NCBI GenBank assembly: GCA_958009085.1
Contig: OY253670.1
Location: forward strand, 62,001-126,000
Direction: 5' to 3'
DNA from: Protoeuglena noctilucae
Taxonomy: Eukaryota
DNA length: 64,000 nucleotides
The notes under the pieces are model-generated. The model made no database searches, was not told where the DNA came from, and worked only from the letters and a program-made list of their open reading frames with translations. The position numbers were made by a program, and so were the translations under genes. This document shows positions 12,413 through 33,620 of the stretch, piece after piece (position 1 is the stretch's first letter; every line of letters begins with the position of its first letter).

Positions 12413-13622
12413 CCGTGACTGCCACCACGGCCGATGCCCCATGCGTGCCCCGTCGACCCCGCAGCCCTGTCCTGGAGCCCTGTCCTTGTGCCCATAGCCT
12501 GTGCACCGAGTCGCACCCCCTAGGTGCGTCCACCACCGCGCCGACGTCCTGCTTGCGTCCGGAGGCGCAGCCACCCCGGCTGCGTAACGCGCAGCACAGC
12601 AGGCGTCGGCGTGACAATAGCACGCGGCCCTAATACCCCCGGCGCTCATATCCCTCTCGCCGGCCTGCCCCGTCCCGACCGCGGCATCCCATGACAGATC
12701 CCACCCCATGAGTTTGGCCGCGCCATACCCAACCCTTCGTAGCCATCATCCCTTGCACGCACGGAGACGCCCTCCGTGGATTGCGGAGCAGTGCTGAGTT
12801 CTCCCTTCGCTGAGACTGTCGCCCCTGTCGTCGTCCTGGGGGCACTCCCCTGTGTTGCCCCGTGCTTTGCCTGACGACGCGACACGCACGCTGCGCAGAT
12901 GCGCCCCTTTCTGCTCGCCGCCCCCGGGGCTCGCGGCTGTACCTCTCGGGCCCAGTGCCCAGTGCCCCACGCCTAGCGCACCCTCAGCAAGCGGACGCCG
13001 GGCCTATTTCACCCGGCCGTACCCACGCCCATGCCGATGTCACGATGTCACGGGTCGCTTTTAAGAAGACTCTGCCAGGCCGCCATGATCGTAGATGACC
13101 TCCAGCCAGTCGATGTCCGTTTCGTTAGCCTCCATGGCCGCTGCGTTGTCGTTTTCCCGTGGCATGAGTCTGCCGCATGCGTGCAGTGCACCCCGCCTGT
13201 GAGTTCTTTGATCCCGCCCCTGGCAAGCTCCAGCACGACACGTCGGTGTCGCCCTAGCCGCGCGCGAGCCACGCGCACGGCCGTTTAAGAACGTAGCGCT
13301 CAGCGTCTGCCATTCAAGCGAATCACGCGACACTGCTTGGCACGCACACGCAGCAGCTACCGTCACTAATGCCTGGCATGGGTAGTGCACCCTGCCAGAT
13401 GACCGCTGATGTCGACCGCATACTAAGCCATGACTACTTCATGACCAGTAACCCGTGCCGTGCTTCAGGCCCTCGGATGGGGAAAGGATGCCCGTGTGGC
13501 TGGGAAGAGCGGTGCCTCGACGGACGGGGGCGGCACCCAAGCAGCGGCACTCCCCCGCCCAGCCCGCTCCCTCCACGCGCGCTCCACGCCGCCTGCCGCA
13601 CCTGCGCGGAACAAGATGCGTT

Positions 13623-16114
13623 TTAGACCTCACGCCTGCACGCTTGCAATGACCCAGCCACGCACCTCCGTGCCTCCCACGCACCTGCCGCGAACCCCGC
13701 CCACCCCCCCTCGCCCCCACCGGCCACCTCCACCCTTGGCGCCGACTCTCTGACGCCGCCCCACCGCTCCATCGCCCCCATCGCCATGCCATATCGATCT
13801 GCCTCTGCCGCCGCAGCCGCTGCCCCCCTCGCCGCCCCCCGCACTCTCTGCACCGCCTCTGCCGCCCGCCCCAGCGCCGCGTCAAAGTCATCGTCACCGC
13901 CGCGCCCCAGCAACGCGCGCTCGATCGTCCATGGCCCATCCCCGCTGTCCGCGCCCCACCCGCCCCGCGCCGGTGAGGCCACGCTCGCTGCCACCACGGC
14001 ACCCCACGTCGCATCGCCCGACCCCTCCCATCGCTGCCCCGCGGTCTCCGCCGGTGCCGGCGCCACTGCCATCGCCAGAGGTGGCGACGTGTTCACATGT
14101 GGCGATGTGCTCACATGCCCCCCATGTCTTCCGTGCCCCACGTGCCGTGAGAGGTCCTCCAGGTCCCGCAATGCCGCGTGGAAGGCGTGGCGGATGCGCT
14201 GGGCGGGGGACCCATCGTTGAAACCCTGCAGATGCAATGAGATACTCGCGAGGAAGTTATTGGCAATGTCTCAGTCTGCATTTCTACTAGCACAAGTGCT
14301 TCACTACATATGGTCATGGTCATGTCCGCTGCATTAACTAACAGCCGCACCTCTCGGCTGGGCGTCCATGCTGGCCCCTCCGCTCGCTCCAGCAGCGATT
14401 GCAGAGAGTCCGCCCCCGTCAGCGCCGCCGCGAGCGTGCCCGCGTACGCCTGCATAGGGCAGGCAACAGTATCAGTATCAGTATCGGTATCAACCAGTGT
14501 CAATATTAGCCAGCCCCATCCTTGCAGTCCCACCATGCCGCCACCACCACGCCCGCCAGCCCCGTCCCTCGCTCTCACCGTCGGGCGCACTTCCCCCACA
14601 TCGCGCTTGAGCTGACCCTTCACATCGTGCCCCACCACTCCCCCTGGCATGAGCCCCGATCCCAGCACGTCACGACCCCACGCCGCGCCCCCCTCCGCCC
14701 CCCTTACTGCCTGCCCCCGCACCCCGACCCACTCGTAAGCGCGGCTGCGCTCCTCGCGAGCCATCTCCTGCGCCGCCCGGCTCGTCAGCATGTCGCGGTA
14801 GGTGGGCAGAAGGGGCGGGTCCGCTAACGCAGGCGAGGGTGCTGGGTCTGCCACGCCCAAGTCCGCCATGGAAAGGGAAAGCGACGCGGACGCGTCACCG
14901 GCCAGGGCAGCCCGCCCCGACAGCTCCGCCACGCGCCGCGCCAGGTCAGGCGGTAGCATCGCCAGCGACGGAGAGGGCGGTGCGAGGGGCGGGGCGATGG
15001 GCGGGGCGATGGGCGGGGCATGCCCCACCAATCCTCTCCACTGCCGCGGCGGTGTGCCGATTGCACTCTCCCGTGACGCCCGCGCCAGCTGAGCCTCCAG
15101 AGCCGCGCCGCTGCCAGCCCCGTCCCACCCGTCGCCCTCCCTCGCCCCCGACACCCCGGCTGCTGCTGGCGATCCCCCCACACCCTTCCCGACCCCAGCC
15201 CCCCCCGTCCCCTTCATTGGCGACAGTAATTTCCACCACTGCAGCGCGTGCCTATCCAGCACCCCCAGCGCCTCTAGCCTCGCCAAGTCCTCATCCTCAT
15301 CTGCCCCTTCCCCACCACCCTCCGTATCCCCCCTGGGTCCCGGCTCACTCCCCGCCATCGTTGCCTTGTCAGCACTGCTCCCCGCCGCTGCGACCCCGTC
15401 CTCCCCCGTGCTCGTCCCCACGCTCCTCCTACGCTCCTCTGCCACTCCACTCCCCGTCACCATTACTGACACCACATCCACCCCCGCACCCACACCCTCG
15501 CCTGCACCCGCCCCTGCCTTGTGCTGCTCCTGCACATCCACTCTCGCACCCTCGCTCGCCTCTGCCTTGCGATGCCCCCCTGAGTGCCCCTCGACACCCT
15601 TGCCCGCCCCCACCTCTGTCCCCGGCCCATGAGTGTGGGCGATAGCTTGTGCTGCCCGCCGCATCAAGCTCACCAGCTCACCCGGCCGCGACCATCTCGC
15701 CCCGGGGGGGGTAGCCATGGTAGCAGTGGCACCCCCCGCATGCACCCGGTCTGCGCCAGTCCCACCCCCGCCTCCCAACCCCCCATGCCCCGTAGTCACA
15801 CCAACGGGCACGGCAGCAACGGCCCCTCCCCGCCCCTCCACGCCAGCCCCTGCGCCCTCGCCAAGCACCCGCGCGCTCCCTCGTCCCGTCGTGGCTGTCT
15901 TTGCGAAGTGGTACTTGCGGCCATAGGGCGTCTCCACCACATCTGTCGGGTCCACCGGCCCCGCCTTGGTCGGCGTCATCGCAGGCGCCCCGTTGGGCCC
16001 GGCAGGCGCGAGAGCGAGCGGCGGGGGACGGCTCCGGGCAAGGCCGTGCGGCGCGGTGGGGGTGGTAGCAATGGTGCTGGTGCTGTGGAGGAAGGGCAGC
16101 GTGAGGGGCGGCAC
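13623..16114 (-). CDS. Hypothetical Gly/Ala-rich protein, multi-exon
   Basis: 667-aa open frame with protein-like segments (LDRHALQWWKLLSP, LLPTYRDMLT) and plausible splice sites near 14660, 14450, 14347 and 14228; no recognisable domain; ends uncertain. Confidence 0.5.
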
Positions 16115-17216
16115 CTCGGCTGTGGAAGGGCGCAGCGAGACGGCTGCGGGGGAATGGGAAAAAGGAGTTCACGGTTGGCGCGATTGGAGTGTACAGGTAA
16201 GCGGGGCAGTGTAAAACTCTTGGCCTATGACAGGGCACCTTGGCTGCCGCCGTCCCGTGATGCGGCCTCAGACACCAAATCGCGCGCGCTCGCGGACTCC
16301 CCTGTCGAACTGCGACAGTCGCTGCCGCTGCCGACGCCGTTCGCCGCTCCTTGGGCCCCGCGCTGCGGTGGCAGGTGGTCATGGCATGCGTGACGCCACC
16401 GGCCCATGTGCCCAGGATCTGAGCTCCTCGAAAGGGGGCATCGCCTGCGAGTTTGCATACTTACCGCAGGTATCGCGTAGTCTCCAAAGCGCATCACTTC
16501 CGCCCCGGTCAAGCGGGCGAGGCGAACGAGGGGCGAGGCGGCAGCCGGGCGAAAACGACTCGCGGAGGCCGGGACGTTCTCTGACCCTGAAGCCGCCATT
16601 TCCTGCAAATCATTGAGAGGCCCTGGCTGTGAGGGTGGACGCAGAGTGGGACGCGCGCGCGGCGAGCGTGGTTCAGGTTGCCTATGGTCCTCGCCTTGCC
16701 GGTGGGCGATTCCAGGCGCCCGCTGTCCTGGGGGCTCAGGAGACCCGGCGATGCCAGACCACCGCTGTCAATGAGCGGCGTCGCGGGCATCTGAATTTGA
16801 AAAATGCATGCGGCGCGCAGCCCAGCTCAATGTGGGAGAAGGGCTGGAGGGGGCGCAGCCCAATTCAGGAAAACGGGGACAGATGTTTTCGTTGGTGCCA
16901 GGTTACCATCAAGAACCCGTTGAGCGCCGGGGGAGGCTTTGTGGCTGCCGGCGCTCCCACGGAGCTCTGGCGCCATCTGATAGGGGTTTTAAGCAGGTCT
17001 TGGACTCAGCCAGGGCTGATGAGTTCCAGCGTCGTCTCTACGAGCACAAAAGCCGCCTATTCGCGGGTTTCATGGCATGCGGGTGCTGAGAGCGATTAAA
17101 TTCCAGGCTGCTCTACTCCCTTCCGGCTCTGTCTGGCCAATTGACCACGAGCGCTACGCCGTGTACGGTTGTCATCGTCTTCCTGGCTCGGCTGCCCGTC
17201 AAGCGCGCCGGGCAAC

Positions 17217-20200
17217 ATGAATCGGCTCGTCGCGAGCTCCATCGCGTACGAGTACGCGCAGCAGTGCACGGCGGAGGGCCTCACGCCATGCGAGGAGTTC
17301 CAGAAATCGCTGTGAGTGCCCAAGCAAATTTGTGTTCGCGGTGGATCAAGCCCGGGCGTGAAAGCGACTCGTTGTTGGCACACGCACAAAAATAAGCTTC
17401 CCTGCCCCGCGCGGAGCGCTTTGGAGCCTCAGCTCACGTAGCGTCATTCTATTTGCGGTGACATTGTATTCGCGCTCGTCGGTCAGGCACCGGGTGTTTC
17501 CCGCGCGCACCACGGGGTGCATGTCGTGCGGGCATCCTGAAGTGCCTTTCCGCGCCTCCTCGATCTCGCGATGCTCGTCGACAGCCTTCTCCAGCTATGC
17601 GTAGCTTTGAGTATAAAACGCTTGACCTCATTCGGCTTTTTACCCGAGGGCGCGGCCGCGAGGGGCGGCCCTGGGACGACGCCGGACCCAGGCCGCCCCC
17701 CCGGGCCGCTGCCGCATCCGGCCTGCTGCTTTCGATTTCCTCACGCGATCATATGCCATGTACTAGCATTTGCGCTTGCCAGCGGGCTTCGTGCTTCGTC
17801 CGCGCCCCGCGACTGTGCTCCCCGCTGACGCTGACGTCCCCCTCCCGCCCTCCCGCGCGCAGCCTTGAGGACGGCGGGCGGTGCGTCATCACGCCCGCGT
17901 CTCTTGACAGCGACCCGTCTCGCGCGCTGCGATCGCTGGAGATCGTGCTGGAGTACCTCCCCCGCACGCCCATCACCGAGTTTGCCCTGGCCGGGTTCTC
18001 TCTGGAGGAGCGCGCGTTCGTGAAGGTGGCGGAGGCCGTGGGGTCCGCCGGGCAGCTCATCGCCTTCTCCATGGCGGCGTGCCTGACCCCGGGGGACCGC
18101 CCGGGCGCCACGGAGGCCGTCGCGGCCGCGCTGGGCAAGTGCACCCACCTGCAGGCGAGGGGAGAGGGGTGGAGCAGGGCATGGGGACATGCGAGCTGCT
18201 CTTTCTACCGCACGTTGTGCCACGCAGCACCTCCATGCCACCCCCGCGCTCTCGTCGCCACCACACCACACCTGCGCACTCGTCGCCTCCTCACACCATC
18301 CCTGCGCACTCGCCGCGCCTGCAGCGCATGGGCATCATCGAGTGCGGTCTCTCCGACGCCGCCCTCCGCGCCCTCTGCGCCAAGTCGGTGCTGCACCCCG
18401 GCGCCTCCCTGCGCCGCCTCGTGCTGGCCAGCAACGCCCTCGGCCCGGACGGCATCGCCGCGCTCGTCGACGCCGTGGTCAAGGGCGGAGACGGGTCCAT
18501 CGTGCGGCTGGCAGGTGAGAAGAGACAGCTTTCATCTCCACGTACCCGCTCCCCGGCGCTCTCACCGCACCCCAGCTCCCACCGACTTGCACCCACCACC
18601 GCCACCCACCAAGAGCGCACCCTCACTGCCCTTGGCCCCATCAACACCCCCCCCTCGCCTGCCCCAGACCTGGACGTCTCCCACAACGCCATCGGCGACG
18701 CGGGCGCCGCGTCCCTGGGTGCCCTGCTGACCGAGGGCACGCCCGTGCGGCTGGAGGCGCTTCAGGCCGAGGCGTGCGGCGTGGGCCCCGAGGGCGTGGC
18801 GGCGCTGCTGCGTTCCGTGTCCAAGTCCTCCCGCATGCGCTTCCTCGACCTCAGCGGCAACCGGCTGGGCGAGGCGGGTGCGCTGGCGGTGGCGGCGCTC
18901 GTGCGGACGGGCACGCCCCAGCTGGAGGAGCTGCGGCTGTGCGGGGGTGGCATGGCGGACGCCGCCCTCGCCGCGCTCCTCCGCGCCACGGCCAGCCACC
19001 CCGGCCTGAAGCTCCTGGACGCCTCAGGCAGCCCCATGGGGCACGAGTCGTTGCAGGCCGCCTGCCACATGATCAAGAGCAACGCCACCCTGCGCGGACT
19101 CAAGCTCGAGACCACCTCCGCCGACCAGTCCAGCGACCTCTCCGCCGCCGTCAAGATCAACCCCTCCCTCGTGGACCTGGAGGTCCTGGGGCCACGCACC
19201 GACGCGGCCGTGGCGGCCATCGCCATGCAGCTGCGCGCCAACCGGAGATACGCGGGGGCGGGGAGGGACGCCGACTTCGCCGGGGCAGCCGCCACCCCGG
19301 ACGGCCGCCCGGCGGGCCCCCCCTCGGCGTCGGCAGCGGGGTCGGGGGGCCCACGCCTGCGCCGCCGCTCTGGTCCTGGGTCGGTGGGGCACGACGCGGC
19401 GTCGAGTCCCGGGGTGCGCCCGCGTCCCCAGGAGTCCCCCTCGCTGGCCGCCTACTCGGGCCTCTCCCGCAGCGCGTCGATGGTGTCACGCGCCGAGTCG
19501 CTTCGGCCGGAGCTGCGCACGGGGCTGTCCCGGCGTCGGCTGCTGGCGGGCGACGACGAGGAGGGGTCGGTGGCGCTGGGGTCTACGCCCGAGGGGGGGC
19601 TGCTGGGGAAGGACGCCATGCCGACACTCGTGGGGGGTGGGGCGTCGCACATCGCCGCGCAGGTGATGGGGTAGGGGGGGTGGCTTGGGGGAGTACGTGT
19701 GCTGTGCTGGGCTGGGGCAGGTGGCTTCCAACGGCACACATGGTCCTTCATCTCTGCCCTTTCCACGACAAACATTGCCATCATCACTCCCCCTTCACCA
19801 TCACCGCAGACGTTTCACGAGGTGGACAAGGGCGTGAAGGGTTACCTGGACTCCAAGGACATGCTGAGAGCGCTGATCAAGCTGGGGGTGCTGGACGGGT
19901 ACACCAAGAGGTGAAGAGGGGGGGTGTGTCAGGCATGTTTGTGCTAAGCGCATTAATGTTCAAGACACATGTCTTTGCTAAGGAATCCCAGTCACACTCG
20001 GTGGGTACTGCCCACCAACCCCTCCTTCACTCACACCTCGCCCACACCACGAGGACCCCTCTCCACGCATACACTCAGGGAGATGGAGGCCATATCGCGC
20101 AACGAGTTCCGCGTGGCAGACGCCTCGGGCATCGGCCGCGTGTCGCTCACCGACTTCCGCCGCTACTACAACCAGCTCCTGCACTCGCGGGCCAGGGAGC

Positions 20201-22380
20201 TGCGGCACGAGAGGCTGCAGGAGGCCAACCTCGTCACCTACCCCCCCGGGTACGCCAAGCACGAGGGTATGCGCACCGTGTTCGGGGACTTCGCCGCTTT
20301 CGGGGCCGGCCACGGCCGCTCGCGCGTGCGGGCGGCGGGGCTGCTGGAGCGCGGGCAGTGGGCCAAGCTGTGCCGGGACGCGCGATTCGTGGCGCCCTTC
20401 GGCCCCCTGGCGGGCGGCACGGTCGAGGTGCTGTTTGAGAGGGCCAAGCCGACGCGCGACGCCAAGGGGCTCGGGTTCAAGGACTTCCTGCGTGCGCTGG
20501 CCATGGTGGCGCAGGAGGGGGGGGTGCCCTTCGAGGAGGTCGCGGAGGTGAGGGGGGGAGAGGGGGGTAGAGCGGTGGGGGTGGGGTGTTAAGATCATGT
20601 ATGGATACATGATCTGGATGGGTCACAGCTGGGCATCAAGGTGACTGCGGAGCCACTCTGTGATTGAATGCGACTGTATCACTCCCCTTCCCTTCCCTAT
20701 CCCACCCTGGTCCACACCAACAACATTCTCTCCCACCCCTCCCCCACGCAGGCCCTGGGCGTGGAGCCCCTCCCCGTGGACGTGGCCTGGCGCGGCGCCC
20801 ACCGCATGTCGCGTGCCGAGTCGGTCGTGTCCGGTGTGTCGGGGGTGGGGTCGCAGGTGTCGGGGTCGGGGAGCCTGGCCGAGGGGGCGCTGAGGAGGAG
20901 GGTCGCGAGCATCAAGGCAGTGGTGAGGATGGGGAGGGGGGCAGCGAGTGGGGGGGTAGCGTGGTTGCTTCGCCCATCTCCCTTCCTCTGTCCGCGCCAC
21001 CTCTCTCCCCATCCCTCACCTTCCCTCCCACCTCTCACACTCTCTCCCCATCTCTCACCCACCCACCCGCCTCCCCCCCCCCCAGTCCTCGGCTGTAAAG
21101 GTCGACCTTCCCTCCCTTATCTCTCTCACCCACCCTCCCCCTTTCTCTCCCCCCCAGTCCTCGGCCGTCAAGGTCGACCTCCCCTCCCCCCCCAGCGCGG
21201 GCGCCCCCACCGCCCCATCCGAGGCGGGCTCGGCCACGGGGTCCGCCCTCCTCCGCAAGCGCGCCAGCATGAACGGCGGGGGGTTCTTCAAGGCATTCTA
21301 CGCCCACCACAAGGACATCGACACGGCAGCCGCGGCAGAAGCTCACGCGGAGATGGCCGACGCGGGGGTGGGGCTGCACCGGGCGTCGGTGGACGGGTAT
21401 TTAAGGACCATCGCCGTGCAGGGCGGGGGCGCGGGGAGCGAGGCGGCGGCGTCGCAGGGGCGGCTGAGCGCGGGGGGCGGGAGCAGCGACGTGGGCGCGC
21501 GCCACGCCAGGCCCCTGCGGGCGGCGTCGTCGGTCAGCGCGGCGTCGGCGTCGGCGGTGGGGGGGAGGGGCGCGGGGGACGCCGCGGCGGCGCGCAACGG
21601 CCCGGCCAGGTGAGGACGGGGGATGGCGGGTCATGGCGGGGAGGTGCGACTGTGACCGTCGTACATCTTATACACGACAGCATGGTTTTCTTGGTCTATA
21701 TTCGCGACGTATCGCATTCCATGCGGTGGTAACGCAAAGATCGTCTCCTCACCTCCCCTCCCCGCAGCGCCGTGGATGCCCGGGCGCAGACGCTCGGCAC
21801 GCCCCCCCGCCACCGCCCGCCGCCCAGCCAGGGCAGCAGAGAACTGGAGAGGCGGCCCTCCGCGGAGGTGAGCGGGCTGCGACCGCGCGGCATAACACAG
21901 ACCAAGCCCGGGCACGATGGTCTCGTGGGCTTGACACCCTCACGTCGCCGTCCCTCGTGCTCCCCAGGACATGACCCGCGGCCTGCACCTGGCCAAAACC
22001 CTCGAGGCGCGCGTGGCGTACCTGGAGCAGCGGCTGGCGGAGGCGGAGGGCAGGAAGGGCGCCAAGGGAGGAGGGGCGGTGGCCGGTGGCGTGGACCGCC
22101 TGGACCGGGTCGAGGCCGCGCTGCTGCAGATCGCCACGAGGGTGGACGAAATCGAGACGCGGCTGCAGGTGGGAGGGCGAGGCAGGGGGGGCGCTGCCGG
22201 ACCAGCAGGCTCGATCGTTGTTACTCTGCTGAATGGATTTCGTCCCTTCTGCGCTAGTGCCGACGTCGGCATGTCGTCCCTTGTCCGCAGAGCGACCACC
22301 AGGATACCCTCAAGGCCCTGGAGGCGGTGCTGGCGGCCTCGCGTGCCCTGGCGAAGCCGTCGCCCGCAGGGAGGGGCTGA
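17217..22380 (+). CDS. RI-like LRR + EF-hand pair + TPPP/p25-alpha domain protein with C-terminal coiled coil
   Basis: Exon 1 MNRLVASSIAYEYAQQCTAEGLTPCEEFQKSL splices in frame to 17863; LRRs LVLASNALGPDG, LDVSHNAIGDAGA, LDLSGNRLGEAGA; EF loops DKGVKGYLD and DASGIGRVS; p25-alpha-like WAKLCRDARF...VEVLFERAK...FKDFLRAL. Confidence 0.8.
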
Positions 22381-22669
22381 CGTGATTTTGCGGCACACTC
22401 GCGACGTCTGCGGCCCTGCGCTGCGAAGACCGGATAGCACAGATGTGAAGAACCCAATTACGCTGCCAAAGGCGCCTCAATGTGCTCTGTAAAGCGCCAA
22501 CGGTCCCTCGTTTACTGGCACGAGATCTCGGAGCGTTCCGGCCCTCGGGCGGCCCGCGCAGCCGTCGGCCATCAGTCACTGCGTTGTCGCTCCGAGCTTT
22601 GTCTTGCGCCGCCCCTGTGAGCCAAGGCCCTCCGCGAGGCTCTCGTTCCCGATCCGCAATCCGCAAACA

Positions 22670-23869
22670 ATGCAGGCGGCAGCTGCGTCCGTGGCTGTGT
22701 CCAGGCCTTCGGTCAGGCGAGTGATGAAATCGCGCGTCCATCGTGTCCATCGCCCCTGCTCGACCGTGCTGAGTCTGTTTCAGGGAGAGCAAACGTGAGC
22801 GCCCGCCTCGGGCGGTCCTCGGCATTCCTATGAGCTTTTCATCGTCGGTCCTGGCCACTTGCTCGTCGGCGGATCGGCCCGCTTTGCACCAACGCCGTTT
22901 CGGGGTCTCGAGAGATCCTCCCCTCCCACGCGCCCAGCTCGTCGCGCCGCGTCCCAGGGTCGCAGTCTCCCGTCTCAATGCCTCATATGAGTCCCACTCT
23001 GTCCATCGCGCCCCTGGCGGGGTCGCGTGGGCGGCCCCTCGCAGGCTTGCATGCGCATGAGAGAGCCCGGGCGCCCTCGCGGGCTCCATCGCCCGCCCCG
23101 CGCATCGCCTGCTGCGGCCTCTGTACGTAGCTTGCCCATCTGCCTGCCCCCCGCAGGGCCGTGCTGTCCCGGCGTGCTCCGTCGGCGCCGTCCCGCGCCG
23201 TTGTCGCCCGTGCCACGCCCGCCAAGCCCGAGCCGACTTTTGATTTCGACAAGATCACCGCCGATGCGGTCAAGCGCTTCGAGAAGGCGGAGAACAAGCC
23301 CGTCGCGGCCGCGTGGATCTTCGCGTTCAGCGCGGGCATCCTGGGTGCTGAGGCAAGCGGCGCTAGCTGCTGTGAGATGGTCGCCGCCCTCGCTCGCCTG
23401 TCGCCAGTCGCCGCATTACTGGCTTGCGATGCGCACGTCCCAGAGCACGACAGCTGCAGATGGCATGCGTCGGGACCTCTGTTACCCACCCACCGTCTCA
23501 ACTGTGCACCATCACTCTCATGGTCGCAGTACCTGATGCACCTCCCGCTGCTCAACGCCCTCCTGGGCTTCCCCGTCCAGCTCCTGGGCCTCCTCATGCT
23601 CCCCTACCTGGGCATCCGGTGAGCACGCGATGAGCGGCAGGCTGTGCTGGCTGTTGCTGCAGCAGCAGTGTTGTTGCAGCAGTGTCGGTCGCTTGCGGTG
23701 GTTGTGCCACCGCCGCTGCCACTGCCCCCCGCTGCCTCCCGTGAGGTCGCGGGTTCGACCCCCTCCGCCCCGCAGGTACCTCAAGGACAGCAAGGACCCC
23801 CTGAAGGACGTCGAGTCGGTGTTTGAGGAGGTGGTCAAGACGCTGCCGGGGCTGACCAAGAGCAAGTGA
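22670..23869 (+). CDS. CURT1: CURVATURE THYLAKOID 1-like (CAAD domain) protein
   Basis: Ala/Arg/Ser-rich transit peptide, then FEKAENKPVAAAWIFAFSAGILGAEYLMHLPLLNALLGFPVQLLGLLMLPYLGIRYL. Confidence 0.72.
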
Positions 23870-24345
23870 TCACAACACACAACACAACAAACACACATGG
23901 TGGAGACACACATGTGGTGATGGCTGTTTGCGACTCTACTGTCTATGGCATCGGGAGGGAGCGGGGTGGGGGTCGATGGGACTGTCGTGCGATGGGGGCA
24001 TGAGACGGAGGATGGGGTCGTGTGCAACAACACCTGGCATGGGGCGATGGGCGATGCTGGGCCCCATGAGGGGATTGCGACGCCTGCTGGGTGCGTGCGT
24101 TGAAGTGGCACGAGTGGAAGTGTTACATCGACTGTCATTGGGAGTCGTTCAATGACGCTGCGTCCACAAAGCAAGACCGAAGCCATGGCGCATTGCGTGT
24201 GACGATCCGTTCACCTGCCCTGATGCACTCACGCACTCAAACACACACAGACACGCATGTAAAGAGCGAACATAGCATACATCTGTGTCCTGTGCAACTA
24301 TACGTCATGCCCCCCCCTCCTCATCCCCCCTCCCCACCACCCGCG

Positions 24346-31917
<7,572 letters not shown>

Positions 31918-32918
31918 GACTATGGGGCGGAAAACGAGGGGTCGCGTCGCATTACGCCCAGACTGGTGGCTCCCGGTGAGCCATGCATGACCTCCCAGAT
32001 GCAAACAACGAGACTGACAGGCCCTGGCGTGGCCCCGGTGCCCCTGCATCGCGCTTACCTCGTAGCGTGCCCCGCCTGCACTGCCCCGGCCTCAGCATGC
32101 GCCCCGCGCGCGCCGTGGCCAACGCCATCAGCAGCGGAATACCCCTGAGGGACAGCGGAGGGTATAGCGACTCGCGAACGCGCGCTCCGGGCTCGCAAAG
32201 ACGGGCGCAGCACATCCCAGGCTCGGAGCAGAGAGCCCGTGCGCTCACCCGATCTGCACGAAGAGATCCACGTTGGGTCCCGGATCCGGATGATGACGCG
32301 AGCCGAGCAGGGAGCGAAGCCTGCAGCGGCGGGAGGGCTCGCGTCGTCATTGACGGACCGGCTCTCGCAGCGCCGCGCACGAGGCCTAGAAAGCCGCACG
32401 CGCCGCAGCGCAGAAGAAGGAGTACCTGTGCGTGCACACAAACATGGCGACGACGGCGTCCCCGGCAATGGCGTCCGAGAGGACCATCGACGTCCTGAGC
32501 AGTCCCTCGTGAACGCGGTCCAGCTCCCGACACGCAGCAGGATAGTGCCTGGTTATGCTCCCGAGCTTGCGAGGCGCGAGGCCGTCCAGGAGGGCGCGGC
32601 GGGACGCATTTCGCCTCCGCTGCCGCCAAGTTAGCACAGCCGAAGTGCTCGCGTCCAGGGAGTTCGTCGACGCAGCCTCCTCCGCCGCGGCGTCATTGCT
32701 GTCGCGACTCATAGCCTGTTCCCTCTCGTTGTCCAGGCTCTCATTGATAACAGAGAGACCGGTCAATTTGGCTCAGCGATGGGCGGCTCCTTCTATGAGA
32801 ACTACAGAGCTGCCGTGTAAGAGGCGGTATCGGACAAGGAACTGCGGGGCTGGGCAGCGCGAGTGTGCTCTGAGGCAGTGGCTGGTAGCGTTCTGACGAC
32901 GAAGAGTCACGGTGCGCC

Positions 32919-33620
32919 TCAGGGATGCGCTCCCTGCGCTTTCGCAAACTCCTCCGGGGTCCAAGCTCTCTGGAATGCGCAGAGATGACGCGGCGATAGA
33001 TGGGCAGGTGAAAACCGCGGGCAGCACACAAAACACGACATGCATTTCGGCCCTCGCCCCTCACCTTGATGGAGAACGCGTGGATATGTGCCATCTCCTC
33101 CTTCATCGCGTCGTTGATGAGTCGGTGCTGCAAGAGAGGCAAAGTCGAAGGTCGAGCGGTGCAGGAGCCAACGCACGGGATGTGCCTCGCCCCCCCGCGC
33201 CCATCGCTCCAGAAAAGAGAGACGTGGCAGCCCCCCGGGCTCGTCATCCCCCGAGTTCTCTCACCCTCTCAAGCAGCTTCTTCCCCTCAAATGCCGGCGA
33301 CACGATGTGGTTGACCTGTGGTGCAGCCAGGGGCATTTGTCGCACACCGAAGCCGGGGTTCGTAGTTGGCAGACGACCTAGCCAGTAAGAGCCACTCTCG
33401 CACCTGGAAGCTCTGCCCGCAGCCCCCACTGGTGTCCTCGATATCCAACAACGTGCATTGGAGCCTGGACATGCCGGAACAAATCACCGGTGGTCGCGCT
33501 GTCAAAGATAGCCAATGAAGTGCAGCAGTCCACTGCCTGGCTGCTCCCAGCACATCGTCTCCCGCTTTCTCACCGCTTTTCCAGCACGCGCTTGACGCTC
33601 TCGGTCGTCACGCCATCCAT
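32919..33620 (-). CDS. BOLA2: BolA-family protein (BolA2-type, cytosolic Fe-S)
   Basis: MDGVTTESVKRVLEKR|LQCTLLDIEDTSGGCGQSFQ|VNHIVSPAFEGKKLLER|HRLINDAMKEEMAHIHAFSIK|RAWTPEE. Confidence 0.92.

Noticed and set aside
13048..13390. Short acidic ORF (MEANETDIDWLEVIYDHGG)
   Set aside because: Too short, with no homology or splice support; might be a terminal exon of the 13.6-16.1 kb gene
16629..17099. Plus-strand ORFs, one ending CGC-TGA (possible selenocysteine)
   Set aside because: No selenoprotein fold or SECIS recognisable; lies in the upstream region of the LRR gene
22488..22492. TGTAA chlorophyte poly(A) signal after the LRR gene
   Set aside because: Plausible, but a 5-mer not consistently found after other genes here, so unsupported
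32386..32766. 126-aa minus-strand ORF between TRPC4AP-like and BolA
   Set aside because: No recognisable domain; could be UTR or intergenic; needs expression data
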